Counted from the first letter of the stretch, positions 44,774 to 55,347 are shown. The stretch: 64,000 nt of DNA from an uncultured Chloroflexia bacterium (GCA_963809615.1 CAWEKR010000012.1:401317-465316), one strand, 5' to 3'. The notes: generated by a model not told the origin, from the letters alone. Program-made: numbers and translations.

Positions 44774-44794
44774 CCCCCGCTGTTTTTCGGGGAA
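44774..44794. repeat. REP-like hairpin repeat, copy C (CCCCCGCTGTTTTTCGGGGAA)
   Basis: Same motif as copies A and B, located in the next intergenic region. Confidence 0.65.
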
Positions 44795-44953
44795 GGGTTT
44801 TGTTGCGACGAAGCAGTCTCCTGATTTCACTCCAATGATAGCTAGGATCTACATTACTTATGAAATATCATCATCAAACAAATTCACAACGAACGAAGGT
44901 AGCTGTTGATGGATACGATGATTCGTACAAATTGAGTTCCCCTCCTGAAACCG

Positions 44954-45907
44954 TTATTTCTTCCTTCCGGTCGACGAGTATAACCCGATGAAAACGAACA
45001 ATCCCGCCATGATCCCAACAGCAGTTGGGTTTGAGAGATGGAACATGTTCGATATTGGGTAGGTGAACAACCACACTGCGAGCACTGAAATACCCAGGAT
45101 GGTAAAAATGGACATACCGGCTCTCCGCCCGCCGATCCCACTGCCGATTCGTTGCCCATACAGTGGTTCGGTATTCTCCTCTAGCACTTTTTTTGCATCG
45201 ATTCCTGCTCCACCTTCCGGGTTAAGCTCGACCACCTTTTGGAAATGCATCGCCGCCTGTTCGCTTGAGTTGGGTTTGTAAAGTGAGTATAACGAGCCAA
45301 GCTGGTAATGTGCCTCTATAAAGTTCGGAGCCAGCACCACTGCCCTTTTTAGATTATCCTCGGCTGCCTGAACCTGGTTCATCTGCAGAGAAAATATCCC
45401 CATCAAGTAAAGTGCTGCTGGAAAATCCTGCTTGCTGGCTACTGCCCGTTTGAGCAGCTCAATGGATACGCTCCGGTCTTCCTGAGCCAGGGCATGCAGG
45501 AATAGAAGCTCTGCATTGTTGGGATTATCCTGCAAGGCTGCATTCATGCTCGCTTTCTTCTTGGATCGGGGCTGCAAGTTAAAATCGATCACTTGAAAGT
45601 ACGGATTATGCTTGTCTGTCTCAGTCTGGAATTCCTTGAACCAGCTTAGAATGATGTTAAATTCATCGTTCTTGCTCTTACCCCGCATATTAGCCGTATA
45701 TTGTTTATTCTGGATCATACTGGGCGGGTTGATGAACAGGCAGGCGATATTCTGGAAGAATGATGCAATGGGTTGTTCTGGTTCTACTTGTAGCAAATCG
45801 GAAGCGGTTCGGTAAACCCCTTCCCAATCTCCCCGGGATAAATCCGAGTGCATTTGATAATTGAATTGGCTAATATTTGTAGGTGGTGAATTGAGCATAT
45901 GCTCCAC
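44954..45907 (-). CDS. TPR-repeat protein with two C-terminal TM helices
   Basis: TPR-like helical repeats (ALYLMGIFSLQMNQVQAAEDNLKRAVVLAPNFIEAHYQLGSLY) and a hydrophobic C-terminus. Confidence 0.6.
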   Translation of the reverse strand: MEHMLNSPPTNISQFNYQMHSDLSRGDWEGVYRTASDLLQVEPEQPIASFFQNIACLFINPPSMIQNKQYTANMRGKSKNDEFNIILSWFKEFQTETDKHNPYFQVIDFNLQPRSKKKASMNAALQDNPNNAELLFLHALAQEDRSVSIELLKRAVASKQDFPAALYLMGIFSLQMNQVQAAEDNLKRAVVLAPNFIEAHYQLGSLYSLYKPNSSEQAAMHFQKVVELNPEGGAGIDAKKVLEENTEPLYGQRIGSGIGGRRAGMSIFTILGISVLAVWLFTYPISNMFHLSNPTAVGIMAGLFVFIGLYSSTGRKK

Positions 45908-46056
45908 AAAAATTGTCCTTTCCAGACAGATTCCTATCCCCGCCAGGGCTCGGCGAAGATTTCTATTTCATTCAATAACTACCCAGGTTAATTCTCATGA
46001 CCGTCAAACAAGTTCTAAGCACTATAAAGCATTTCATTTCCAAGGTCAACCCACCT

Positions 46057-46446
46057 TCATGCAGTCAGTTCAACCCTGTTCCCATCCGGGTCCAGTACCA
46101 CACTTTCGTAGTATCCGTCGCCGGTGAGCCGGGGGCCATCCACCACCTGGTATCCATCATGATGGATGCGCTCAGTCAGATCGTTCACACTTTGCTCGCT
46201 CCCGCAGGCAAACGCTATATGGCTGTATCCAAAGAGCAGTTTACCTTCTATATGTTTATCATCATGCACCATCGGTACCCTCATCAGCTCGAGGAGTGCT
46301 CCTGTTGGGAAGCTCATGAAATATGATTGATACTGCTTTATTGTATTTTGATACTTACCACCGGCTACCGCTTGAAAATGTTTCTCATAGAACGCTTTCA
46401 TCTTCTCGAGATTATTTGTCCGTAAAGCGATATGCTCTATATGCAT
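46057..46446 (-). CDS. VOC/glyoxalase family protein
   Basis: Begins MHIEHIALRTNNLEKMKAFYEKHF and ends VVLDPDGNRVEL. Length 129 aa. Confidence 0.75.
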   Translation of the reverse strand: MHIEHIALRTNNLEKMKAFYEKHFQAVAGGKYQNTIKQYQSYFMSFPTGALLELMRVPMVHDDKHIEGKLLFGYSHIAFACGSEQSVNDLTERIHHDGYQVVDGPRLTGDGYYESVVLDPDGNRVELTA

Positions 46447-46458
46447 ATGAGGTTTCCT

Positions 46459-47361
46459 TTATAGAATGATCAAGGTTAACGCCAGTAAACATATGAGCAT
46501 GCCTGCCCATTGTGTTCTTGACACCTTTTCTTTTAAGATAATCCCGGCGAGTAATACTGTCGCCGCGGGATAAAACGAAGATAAGAGTGCCGCGATATCC
46601 AAACGGGTGAAATGCGTGGCGAGCAAATAGAAGACGTTCCCTCCGGTATCCAATACCCCTGCTAGCAATGCCAGAGGGTTGGATGTGATGCCCGGTCGGG
46701 GAAGGTGGTTCAGGCGCAGCATAATCAATGCTATCACCAGGGTTACCGTCCTCGCTACCAATATCGGCGTGAAAACCTGCTCTTTCTCTACCAAGGAGAT
46801 GAATATGAAGAAACCCCCAAACCCAATGCCTGAAAGTAATGCCAGCAGGATCCCTTCACGAAAGGTATCATCTCCTGCCTTGGGTGACCTGCTCAGTAGC
46901 CAGATGCCAACAAAAGCCAGCCCAAACCCTCCCAGCTGGAGCGGTTTCGGAAGACCAGCTGTAAGCATTCCAAAGATCACCGGCAGCATTGCGCATGTGA
47001 TTGCTGATGTGGGTGCCACACTGGCTGTATTCCCCATGGATAACGCCCGGTACAATGCTGCCATCCCCAAGGCACCGGCACCTCCCGCCAGAGCTCCCCA
47101 TAAGATACTTCGTCCCGTTGGAAGTCCTTCACCACGGATGAGAGCGCTCACTACCAGCACCACCATCCCGGCGAAGGCTGCCAGCATCAGCACCTGGTAC
47201 TGGTGGCTCTTGCGCGTTGCCTGCCCACCGCTGAAGTCCCCACCGCCCCACACCGCAGCAGAGGTGAGGGCAAAGAGGATTCCTAGAAGGTTGCTGGGCA
47301 TCTGGGTTCCAGGTGTGTAAATTTGGTAATGAGGGTATTTGGCACCGGTTAAGTTTATCAC
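46459..47361 (-). CDS. DMT-superfamily transporter (EamA domains)
   Basis: About 10 TM helices in two EamA-like halves. Length 300 aa. Confidence 0.75.
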   Translation of the reverse strand: MINLTGAKYPHYQIYTPGTQMPSNLLGILFALTSAAVWGGGDFSGGQATRKSHQYQVLMLAAFAGMVVLVVSALIRGEGLPTGRSILWGALAGGAGALGMAALYRALSMGNTASVAPTSAITCAMLPVIFGMLTAGLPKPLQLGGFGLAFVGIWLLSRSPKAGDDTFREGILLALLSGIGFGGFFIFISLVEKEQVFTPILVARTVTLVIALIMLRLNHLPRPGITSNPLALLAGVLDTGGNVFYLLATHFTRLDIAALLSSFYPAATVLLAGIILKEKVSRTQWAGMLICLLALTLIIL

Positions 47362-47608
47362 TGCTCATGGAGAAACATGGACAGCGTGTCAAACCCCTTT
47401 TCAGGCAGCTACAATATTTGCCTGATTTTCCATGAGATCCCCATCCATTTCATAACTATTATTGGGGTCAGGAAGCGTAGATGCGCACTATCTGGATTGT
47501 GATGTAAAATCATCCCGTAGAGTAAGAACCAACGCAGATATCTGCCTGTATTGGTTGTTGTTCTTCGCTGATCTGATGTACCAACCTTGATAAGTGGAAG
47601 TTAGTCCT

Positions 47609-48082
47609 ATGGTTGCCAACAATATCACCCGCCTGCTGGATGCAAAGAACATCCCTTATGTTGCTTACGAGCTGCCCGCTGAAAAGTTAGGCGCAGCTGA
47701 GACCGCTCGTTTGCTCAATGTGCCCCTCGAGCGAGTGTTTAAGACCATCGTGGTCAAGCGGGAAGGCAAGGGTAAGCCAATCCTGGCGGTTATCCCTGGT
47801 TCTGCCGAGCTGGATCTGAAATTATTGGCTAAAGCTTTGGATGTGAAAAAGCTTCTCCTGCCAACAGAACGAGAAGCTGAACAGATCACTGGCTTGCAAG
47901 CCGGTGGTATCTCACCCCTGGCTTTGATTAACAAGGGTTTTCAAGTGGTTATCGATTGTTGTGCTGAAAGCTACCGTGAAATCCACATTTCCGGTGGGCG
48001 ACGGGGTCTCAACCTCCGTTTGCCGGTGGAAGCGTTGGTCGCTCTTACCAATGCCCGTGTGGAGACGATTATTCGGGACTGA
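47609..48082 (+). CDS. ybaK: Cys-tRNA(Pro)/Cys-tRNA(Cys) deacylase YbaK/EbsC family
   Basis: ITRLLDAKNIPY...VFKTIVVK...GGISPL...ISGGRRGLNL is typical of YbaK. I prefer the start at MVANN (47609). Confidence 0.8.
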   Translation: MVANNITRLLDAKNIPYVAYELPAEKLGAAETARLLNVPLERVFKTIVVKREGKGKPILAVIPGSAELDLKLLAKALDVKKLLLPTEREAEQITGLQAGGISPLALINKGFQVVIDCCAESYREIHISGGRRGLNLRLPVEALVALTNARVETIIRD

Positions 48083-48169
48083 TTACAGATTGCCTGGTAT
48101 TTTCCTGGTAGATGCCAGCCGCAGGGCGAATTCATCCGGGCAAAAGGCGAATAATTCCACTTCTATCAT

Positions 48170-49558
48170 CTACCCTTTTGGATCATACACCGGCAGGATG
48201 ATTTGCACCTCAAAGCCAACCCCAGCTCGGTTGTGAGCGGAGATCTTGCCTCCCTGGGCTTCGACCAGCTGGCGAGCAATCGATAACCCCAACCCGGCAC
48301 CGCCTGTGGATCTGGCACGTGATTTCTCTCCGCGCCAAAATCGGTCAAAGATATGCTCTAGCTCACTTTCAGGGATTCCGGGTCCTTCATCTTTCACCGT
48401 GAGCTCGATGAAATCTGATCTGCGCTGGATAGTCAGGTTGATGGAGCTACCTTCGGGTGTATAGCGCAATGCGTTATCAATCAAGTTGCCAATCACTTGT
48501 TGGAAACGCTGCGGATCCACCATCACATCTGGCAGGTCAGCTTCTGCTTCCAGGTTCAGCCGTACGTTCCGCTCGCCTGCCTGTGCTGAGAACAGACCCA
48601 GGATAGTCTCGCCAAGCTCGTTTAGCTTGACTGGCTTTAGTTCGAAGCGAAGCTGGTTGGCTTCTGCCAATGCCAATAGACGTAGGTCTTCCACTAACCG
48701 CTCCAACAGGTAGGTCTCTTCCAGCGCAGGTGCGATATGGGCTTCATCTGCTGTGTATACCCCGTCCAGGATGCCTTCCAGCCTTCCGCGCAGGATCGTA
48801 ATCGGGGTACGCAGCTCGTGTGCGATATCTGCGAGCATGTTCCGGCGCTGGCGGTCAGAGCGTTCGAGTTCGTCCGCCATATGGTTAAAGTGAATGCTCA
48901 AAGCTGTTAAATCATCATTCCTGCCACCCACGGGCACACGCGCGCTCAAGTCACCCTGTGAAACGGCTTGTGCCGCTGCTATCACCTCTGATAACGGGTT
49001 AATCATCCGGCGCATAAGCAGCAAACCGATGACCAGGGTCAATATGCCCAGCATGATTGAGATAATCGCAGTAGGGCCAAGTAGAGTATAAATGAGCTGC
49101 ACAGCTCTTGGTGGTGTTCCACGGTCCAACCATAAAGTCCCAATGATGATGCCATTGCTGGACAAGGATTGTCCTGTGTCTCTGGCTCCTGGAACAAATT
49201 TTGTCCCGATCAGCACACTGTTGATATTGCCATGATCAATTACTACAATACCTTTGGCGTCCACCAGAATTGTCCGGTCCCAGTCAGGCCGCAGCGCACG
49301 TACAGAAGTGTTGCTACTCTCTTCCAACACAGCATTCACACCCTCCCAGCTGCCGTGTCCTAGGTAATAAGATTCAAGGATAAATGTGGTGGGGGAGCGG
49401 AAGATGGGGTTGTTGCCGGTATTCCTGGCTACCACGATCGCCGCGACCACCAGGATTAACACCACCGTCAAGAAGACGACGATGCCGAAGGCGCGAAGAA
49501 GAAGCAGGAGCAATCGCCGCCTGATGGAGAGAGCTGTATAAGCATCCTCCTGGTTCAT
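48170..49558 (-). CDS. sensor histidine kinase (TM-sensor-TM, HAMP, HisKA, HATPase_c)
   Basis: H-box ADIAHELRTPIT, N-box IGNLIDNALRYT, G-boxes DEGPGIP and GGAGLGLSI. It overlaps the response-regulator gene by 4 nt. Confidence 0.9.
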   Translation of the reverse strand: MNQEDAYTALSIRRRLLLLLLRAFGIVVFLTVVLILVVAAIVVARNTGNNPIFRSPTTFILESYYLGHGSWEGVNAVLEESSNTSVRALRPDWDRTILVDAKGIVVIDHGNINSVLIGTKFVPGARDTGQSLSSNGIIIGTLWLDRGTPPRAVQLIYTLLGPTAIISIMLGILTLVIGLLLMRRMINPLSEVIAAAQAVSQGDLSARVPVGGRNDDLTALSIHFNHMADELERSDRQRRNMLADIAHELRTPITILRGRLEGILDGVYTADEAHIAPALEETYLLERLVEDLRLLALAEANQLRFELKPVKLNELGETILGLFSAQAGERNVRLNLEAEADLPDVMVDPQRFQQVIGNLIDNALRYTPEGSSINLTIQRRSDFIELTVKDEGPGIPESELEHIFDRFWRGEKSRARSTGGAGLGLSIARQLVEAQGGKISAHNRAGVGFEVQIILPVYDPKG

Positions 49559-50241
49559 CGGTCTGTCCCGATGAACTTATATCCAGCTCCGTGGACGGTG
49601 ATGATGTGGCTGGTTCCTCCGTCTGCCGGTTCAATCTTGCGGCGCAGGTTGCGGATATGCGAGTCGATTGCACGTTCATAGCTCTCGAAGGCCACACCCC
49701 GCACTGCGGTTAAAAGCTGCGCCCGCGAGAAGATGCGTCCCGGCTGACTCGCCATGGTTGCCAGAAGCTCGAATTCGGTCGGGGTCAGTTGGATTTCGCG
49801 GTCCGGGAAGCGCGCACTGAAATGACCGCGATCCAGCGCCAAGTCACCTGCATAAATAATTTCAGCTTGCGGGTTGCCCGTACTCCGGCGCAGAACCGTA
49901 CGCACTCGCGCCACCAGCTCACGTGGACTGAATGGTTTGGTCATATAATCATCGGCGCCCAGCTCAAGCCCGATGAGCTTGTCAGTCTCTTCCACTCTCG
50001 CCGTTAACATAATGATGGGAACGGAACTGTCTCGTCTGAGCTCACGGCACACATCAAGTCCGTCCATTTCTGGCATCATCAGGTCGAGGACCACCAGGTC
50101 GGGTTGGCCTTTGTGAGCCAGTGACAATCCGGTGGGTCCGTCATATGCATGCATCACATCAAAGCCGGCTTTGATCAGGTAATCCTGGCAGATCTCCACG
50201 ATCTTTGGCTCATCATCGATCACCAGTATCTTCTTAGCCAT
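49555..50241 (-). CDS. OmpR/PhoB-family response regulator
   Basis: Receiver domain (KILVIDDE...DLVVLDLMMP) and a winged-helix C-terminus (LTPTEFELL...VHGAGYKF). GGAGG lies 4 nt upstream of the ATG at 50241. Confidence 0.9.
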   Translation of the reverse strand: MAKKILVIDDEPKIVEICQDYLIKAGFDVMHAYDGPTGLSLAHKGQPDLVVLDLMMPEMDGLDVCRELRRDSSVPIIMLTARVEETDKLIGLELGADDYMTKPFSPRELVARVRTVLRRSTGNPQAEIIYAGDLALDRGHFSARFPDREIQLTPTEFELLATMASQPGRIFSRAQLLTAVRGVAFESYERAIDSHIRNLRRKIEPADGGTSHIITVHGAGYKFIGTDR

Positions 50242-50310
50242 CTCGCCTCCATTATCGCATAAAAACGCCACTGATGAAAAGGACGTTGACAGTTTATTCC
50301 ACGATTGTGA

Positions 50311-51000
50311 TTATCTTACTATCCTCTCAACTTCCGTTTGATCTCCAGTCTCAGATGTTGCTTGGGTTATCCTTGCCGATGGTAGCAGCAACAAGACAAT
50401 CACTGCAACCGCCATCAAGATGCGGATCAAGTTCTCAACCAACGACACTGTTGAAAAAATGCGTATCATGCTTGGAACGGTGAGCAGGATCACCAGCACC
50501 GATAATACGATGGCAAGGATAGTGGCCCAGTATTTACTTCTATACAACCCCACCGCCGCAACCACCGACAGTACCACCAGGACGATATCCAGGGCAAGTG
50601 TCACTGGGCGGAGTATGCGGAATATATTTGCCAGGCCATTGTTACCCCTACCGGTAAAGGCGAAGTTAGGTGTTGTACCCTGGTTGTTTTGAGTATTGGG
50701 GAACCCGCCTGATGGCGAACCGTTGGATGGTGATCCATTAAACTGCCCATTGGGTTGTGATCCGCTCGGTGGAGTGAAATTCCGGTTTCTGAACTGGCCG
50801 GCTACAAACTGTCTATTACTAAACCCACCCCCAAGCAACCCAAATTGGTTGGCAATCCCAAGCCCAGCAACGAACAAGCTCAGTACGATTAGTAGTACTG
50901 CTGCGATCGTAACCACGGTAGGTCTTTTCTTAGAGTCCATTGCAGGGGAATCCGAATTCGTTGTTTCAGTATTCGGTGTGTCTATATTTGAAGTGTCCAT
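50311..51000 (-). CDS. hypothetical 4-TM membrane protein with an N/Q/G/S/P-rich loop
   Basis: ORF with clear TM segments and a low-complexity extracytoplasmic loop. No family is recognised. Confidence 0.5.
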   Translation of the reverse strand: MDTSNIDTPNTETTNSDSPAMDSKKRPTVVTIAAVLLIVLSLFVAGLGIANQFGLLGGGFSNRQFVAGQFRNRNFTPPSGSQPNGQFNGSPSNGSPSGGFPNTQNNQGTTPNFAFTGRGNNGLANIFRILRPVTLALDIVLVVLSVVAAVGLYRSKYWATILAIVLSVLVILLTVPSMIRIFSTVSLVENLIRILMAVAVIVLLLLPSARITQATSETGDQTEVERIVR

Positions 51001-51091
51001 ATTACCTCCAGATCGTTGTCTTTGCGGGGAGCGATTTTATTGAAGAGTTTATCTTGTTAGAATAGATCGCTCACCGCTTTAATTATTCTTA

Positions 51092-52321
51092 TCACTCATA
51101 CCGCAAAGCTTCGATGGGTCTCAGTGATGCGGCTTGATAAGCCGGGTAGATGCCGAAGAATAAACCAACCAATGCTGCGAAGAAGAAGGAGTACAGGATG
51201 ACATCCAGGGAAACGTATGTGGTGATCAATCCTGTAAGGGTGACAATCCCGGCAATGCCTGCTCCAAGCAGAATGCCAATGATCCCTCCCACCAGGCTCA
51301 AGGTGATGGTTTCCACGATAAACTGCATCAAGATGACCGAGCGCCTGGCTCCAACTGCTTTACGCAAGCCTATCTCCCGCGTGCGCTCTCTGACGGATAC
51401 CAGCATAATGTTCATAATCCCGATCCCACCCACGAATAATGAAATACCAGCGATGGCTCCTAGGAAGGCTGTAAGCGTGGTTGTGATGCTAGTCAATGTG
51501 CTTAGTGCCTGGCTTTGACTTGAAACAGAGAATGGCAGGGTATCGCTTAACTTCAGACTATGATCTCTCCGCAGTATATATTCCACCTGGCTGATCACAG
51601 GATTGACATTATTCGCACTATCAGCTGAGAGAGAGATGCTTGAGAGTGTTTGCTTCCCATTAACCAGCGCCCTGCCTCCGAACAGCCGGCTGTAACCCGT
51701 CTGTAAGGGAATCAGAATGATGTCATCCTGACTAAAAAAGCCGGTTGACCCTTTGGATGCCAGCACACCCACGACAGTGAAGTTGATCCCATCGATAGTG
51801 ATACTCCGCCCCATTGGGTTTAACCCACTGAATAAATCTGTTGCAGCTTGTGAGCCGAGCACGACAACGCGAGATTCAGCAGAGTTATCATAATTAGCGA
51901 TAAATCGTCCATCCGCTACGGTGTACGCATTAACCGAGGCAAAATCCGGCGTTACACCAGTGACTGAGTACGTAGATTGGTTGGCACCATACATCACCTG
52001 AGCAGACGATTGATAGATCGGTGCTATTCCAGCTACATTACTCGTATCCTTGGCGATCGCTTGATAGTCTGAGTAATATAATGGTGTGGATTGTGCTCCG
52101 ACCCCTGCCTGCCGGACATTTCGGGCCGACGAAACGGATACCAGGTTCGAGCCTAATCCTTGTACTCGGCTGGTAATATTCTGCGTGGCACCTCGCCCAA
52201 TCGACATCAGTGCGACCACGGCAGCTACACCGATAATGATGCCCAGCATGGTTAAACCCGAGCGCAGCTTGTTGGCGGCCAGGGCTCGGAATGAAATGCG
52301 TATGTTTTCCAGGATATTCAT
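51092..52321 (-). CDS. ABC transporter permease, MacB/FtsX type
   Basis: N-terminal TM helix, a large extracytoplasmic MacB_PCD-like domain and a C-terminal FtsX 3-TM bundle (REIGLRKAVGA). Confidence 0.85.
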   Translation of the reverse strand: MNILENIRISFRALAANKLRSGLTMLGIIIGVAAVVALMSIGRGATQNITSRVQGLGSNLVSVSSARNVRQAGVGAQSTPLYYSDYQAIAKDTSNVAGIAPIYQSSAQVMYGANQSTYSVTGVTPDFASVNAYTVADGRFIANYDNSAESRVVVLGSQAATDLFSGLNPMGRSITIDGINFTVVGVLASKGSTGFFSQDDIILIPLQTGYSRLFGGRALVNGKQTLSSISLSADSANNVNPVISQVEYILRRDHSLKLSDTLPFSVSSQSQALSTLTSITTTLTAFLGAIAGISLFVGGIGIMNIMLVSVRERTREIGLRKAVGARRSVILMQFIVETITLSLVGGIIGILLGAGIAGIVTLTGLITTYVSLDVILYSFFFAALVGLFFGIYPAYQAASLRPIEALRYE

Positions 52322-52380
52322 TTTATTTCTCCTTCATGCGTCATCTAATTCGAAATCAGATTTGCATGATTTAGGCGGCT

Positions 52381-53109
52381 CTATACGTTCACCTCTTCCT
52401 CTGGTCTTGGTGTTCCCGCTACCAGAGGATGAACTACCGGTTCATCGCTGATGATCTTTCCATCTACCAGGCGAATAATCCGTTGAGTATGGCGGGCGAT
52501 GAACGCGTCGTGGGTTACATAGATAACCGTTTGGCTTTTCTCGTCATGCAGCTTTTGGAACAAGCCGATGATCTCTTCTCCGGTTTTGGTATCCAGGTTG
52601 CCGGTGGGTTCGTCTGCCAGCAGGAGGCTTGGCTCATTTACCAAAGCACGGGCGATTGCAACCCTTTGTTGTTCACCACCGGATAGCTGGTTCGGGTTAT
52701 GATGCATGCGGTCCGCCAGCCCCACGGTCTCCAGAGCAGTTTTGGCTTTTTCCACCCTGGCCTTTCCGTGCACGCCATCATAGAGCAGGGGCAGCATTAC
52801 ATTTTCAAGAGCATTAGTACGTGACAGCAGGTTGAACTGCTGGAACACGAACCCCACCTTGCGGCTCCGGATTTGAGCCAGCTGGTTATCATTCAATTTT
52901 TCCACTTCCTCACCATCGAGTCGGTATGTCCCCTTTGAAGGAACGTCAAGACAGCCCAGGATCGCCATCATAGTGCTTTTTCCTGACCCACTGGGTCCCA
53001 TGATGGCGACCATTTCTCCCGCCTCGATCTTCAGGTTGACTGTATCCAGGGCATATACCTTCGTCTGTCCTAGTCTGTATATTTTCGTGACATTCTCAAA
53101 CTCGATCAT
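52381..53109 (-). CDS. ABC transporter ATP-binding protein, MacB/LolD type
   Basis: Walker [10 protein letters not shown], signature [15 protein letters not shown] and Walker B LLLADEPT. Confidence 0.92.
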   Translation of the reverse strand: MIEFENVTKIYRLGQTKVYALDTVNLKIEAGEMVAIMGPSGSGKSTMMAILGCLDVPSKGTYRLDGEEVEKLNDNQLAQIRSRKVGFVFQQFNLLSRTNALENVMLPLLYDGVHGKARVEKAKTALETVGLADRMHHNPNQLSGGEQQRVAIARALVNEPSLLLADEPTGNLDTKTGEEIIGLFQKLHDEKSQTVIYVTHDAFIARHTQRIIRLVDGKIISDEPVVHPLVAGTPRPEEEVNV

Positions 53110-53142
53110 AATCGGTGCTCCTATGGTAGATTTTCACCCGGT

Positions 53143-55164
53143 TTATGGTATCAACCGAGTGCCGCCACCGCCACCACCGAAGCCGCCACCACCCGTATTA
53201 GTGCCTGTGGATGTGCTGGGTAGCAGCCCGACGGATTGGCCTGCTTTCAAATTACCTGAGACGATAACAGTGTTATTCGATAGGATCTGCCCGCTTACGA
53301 CTGGTACCTGCTGAGTACTGCCATCTGAGTTGACGACATATACATACTCACCGTTCGTATCATTTCCTACGGCACTAACTGGGACGGTCAGTACGGCCTG
53401 TGGTTGTCCTGCCTGGATGATCACATCAGCGGTAGCGCCGATCAGGATTGACGGATCAGCCTTGTCTAACGTAACCCGAGCGGCGTAATAGACTACCCCC
53501 TGGTTGGAAGTGCCAACGGGATTGATATAGGAAACTTTACCGGTCAATGGCAAGTTGGGGTTGGCTTCCAATGAAATTGTGGCAGTATTACCAACGCTCA
53601 AATTGACTACATGCGATTCATCGATCTGGAGGTCAACATACAGGTTTGAGCGATCCACCAATACAACTGCTGGTGTGCTCTGGTTGATACTATCTCCCGG
53701 TTGGTAGCTTACAGTGGTAACCACGCCGGAGTATGGGGCAGTCAGTATCATACTATTGACCTCAGCCTGTGCAGATTGCACTTTCGCCTGGGCTGCAGCA
53801 AGATCATCCGGATTTGGAGAGCGTTCGAGTTGATATTGTGTGGTTACCGCGGTGTTCAATTGCTGGCTGGCATCCTGATATGCTGCCCAAACAGTGCTCA
53901 AATTGATGGCTAAACCAAACACCGAATTACCCGAACCACTTACCTCTGCTTGATCGGTGGCAATCTGCGACTGGAGTAATTTGATTTGAGCTTGTGCGGA
54001 GGCAATATTAGCATCAGCTTGTGCAATCTCTGAAGCCGTCCAGATCGATGAACACCAGACCAGATTTGCCTGGGCTGTCTGCAAAGCCTGATATTCCTTG
54101 CTTCCGACGATGTGAGCTGATCGGTTGTATCGATCCAATGCACCATTGTAAGCATCCTGGTAATCCGAAATGGTTGCTACAGTACAACGTGTTCCATGCA
54201 TCCCCGCACGCTTATTCTGGAGATTTGTTAGATTTGATTGAGCAGTGATTACATCGGATTGTTTTTGTGTCAGGTCAGCCTGCACTTGGGCTGCACTAAC
54301 ATTCGTAATTACCGTGCCAGAAACAACCTGACCGATGAAATCGGACGAAGCTGCATCATATGCATCTAGCTTCTCTGATAAGGTATTCACCAATTCAATA
54401 TCAGTTTGTGACAAGCCTGCCTGCACATTATTTACCTTCGTCTGGCTTTCATGCACAGCAGTCTTTAGATCTGTCACTTTTTGTGAAAGGATCGTATCAG
54501 TTGGATGGTTGCTTGCGTTGGTCTCAGCCGCAGTTAGCTGAGCCTGAAGCTGGCTGGTGTCGCGTACTGCCTGGTAATAAGCCTGGACATCAATGGAAGT
54601 ATTCGCCAGAGGCATATTATTCAATGCAGTATCCAGGGCTGTTTTGCTTTGCTGCCAGATATTATATAAGTCAGAATTGCTTGACGACTGATTGGTGATA
54701 ATTGCATTGGATAGCGCACCTTGAGCCTGTTGATAGTTGGTGTATGCGTTGGATAGAGCTTTCGCTGCGGTGGAAATCGTTGAAAGATCTGGATTGGTGA
54801 GCTGGATGAGAGCGTTTTGGGCATTCGTCAGATCCGTCTGCGCTGCTGAAAGGTTTGCGGGCACTGTTGCGGGGTTAAGGCTCATCAACACGTCACCTGC
54901 ATTCACTGTCTGCCCAACTTGAACGTTGACTTTTCCCACTGTACCTGTGGTTGAAAAGTTCAAGGATGTGATGTGCTGGGCTTGGATCTGCCCAGTGCTT
55001 TCAACCGTATTGGTGTAGTCTATCTGGTTGACCGTACCATTACCGGTGAAATTACCGGGTGTCGATCCCGTCTGAGCATTAGCCGTTCCCGAACATGCCG
55101 CCAGGACGAGTGCGAGCAGGACGATGACTGATAAGATCCCGAATTTTTGTTTGTTCTTTTCCAT
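53143..55164 (-). CDS. membrane-fusion/periplasmic-adaptor (HlyD/MacA family) lipoprotein with a greatly extended coiled-coil region and a Gly-rich tail
   Basis: Lipobox LVLAACSG, lipoyl/barrel segments at both ends (VNAGDVLMSL ... ILTAPYSGVVTTV ... VYVDLQIDE), and more than 350 aa of A/Q/N/T-rich heptad-like sequence between them. The tail reads GGGGFGGGGGG. I prefer the start at 55164 (AGGAGG RBS). Confidence 0.75.
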   Translation of the reverse strand: MEKNKQKFGILSVIVLLALVLAACSGTANAQTGSTPGNFTGNGTVNQIDYTNTVESTGQIQAQHITSLNFSTTGTVGKVNVQVGQTVNAGDVLMSLNPATVPANLSAAQTDLTNAQNALIQLTNPDLSTISTAAKALSNAYTNYQQAQGALSNAIITNQSSSNSDLYNIWQQSKTALDTALNNMPLANTSIDVQAYYQAVRDTSQLQAQLTAAETNASNHPTDTILSQKVTDLKTAVHESQTKVNNVQAGLSQTDIELVNTLSEKLDAYDAASSDFIGQVVSGTVITNVSAAQVQADLTQKQSDVITAQSNLTNLQNKRAGMHGTRCTVATISDYQDAYNGALDRYNRSAHIVGSKEYQALQTAQANLVWCSSIWTASEIAQADANIASAQAQIKLLQSQIATDQAEVSGSGNSVFGLAINLSTVWAAYQDASQQLNTAVTTQYQLERSPNPDDLAAAQAKVQSAQAEVNSMILTAPYSGVVTTVSYQPGDSINQSTPAVVLVDRSNLYVDLQIDESHVVNLSVGNTATISLEANPNLPLTGKVSYINPVGTSNQGVVYYAARVTLDKADPSILIGATADVIIQAGQPQAVLTVPVSAVGNDTNGEYVYVVNSDGSTQQVPVVSGQILSNNTVIVSGNLKAGQSVGLLPSTSTGTNTGGGGFGGGGGGTRLIP

Positions 55165-55347
55165 GATAGCCTCCTGAAGATCGGTACTCAAAACCTGTTC
55201 ACTCCCTATGGTTTATAGGCAGTTTTAAGCCAAGGGTAAGCATACTCTTTGAATGTGTAGAAATTGTGGAGAAAGGTGGGAAGTTTATCAAAAACCTCAC
55301 AGGATTGTGAACCCTGCGAGGTTATGTTGATTTTATGTGGGAATGGA

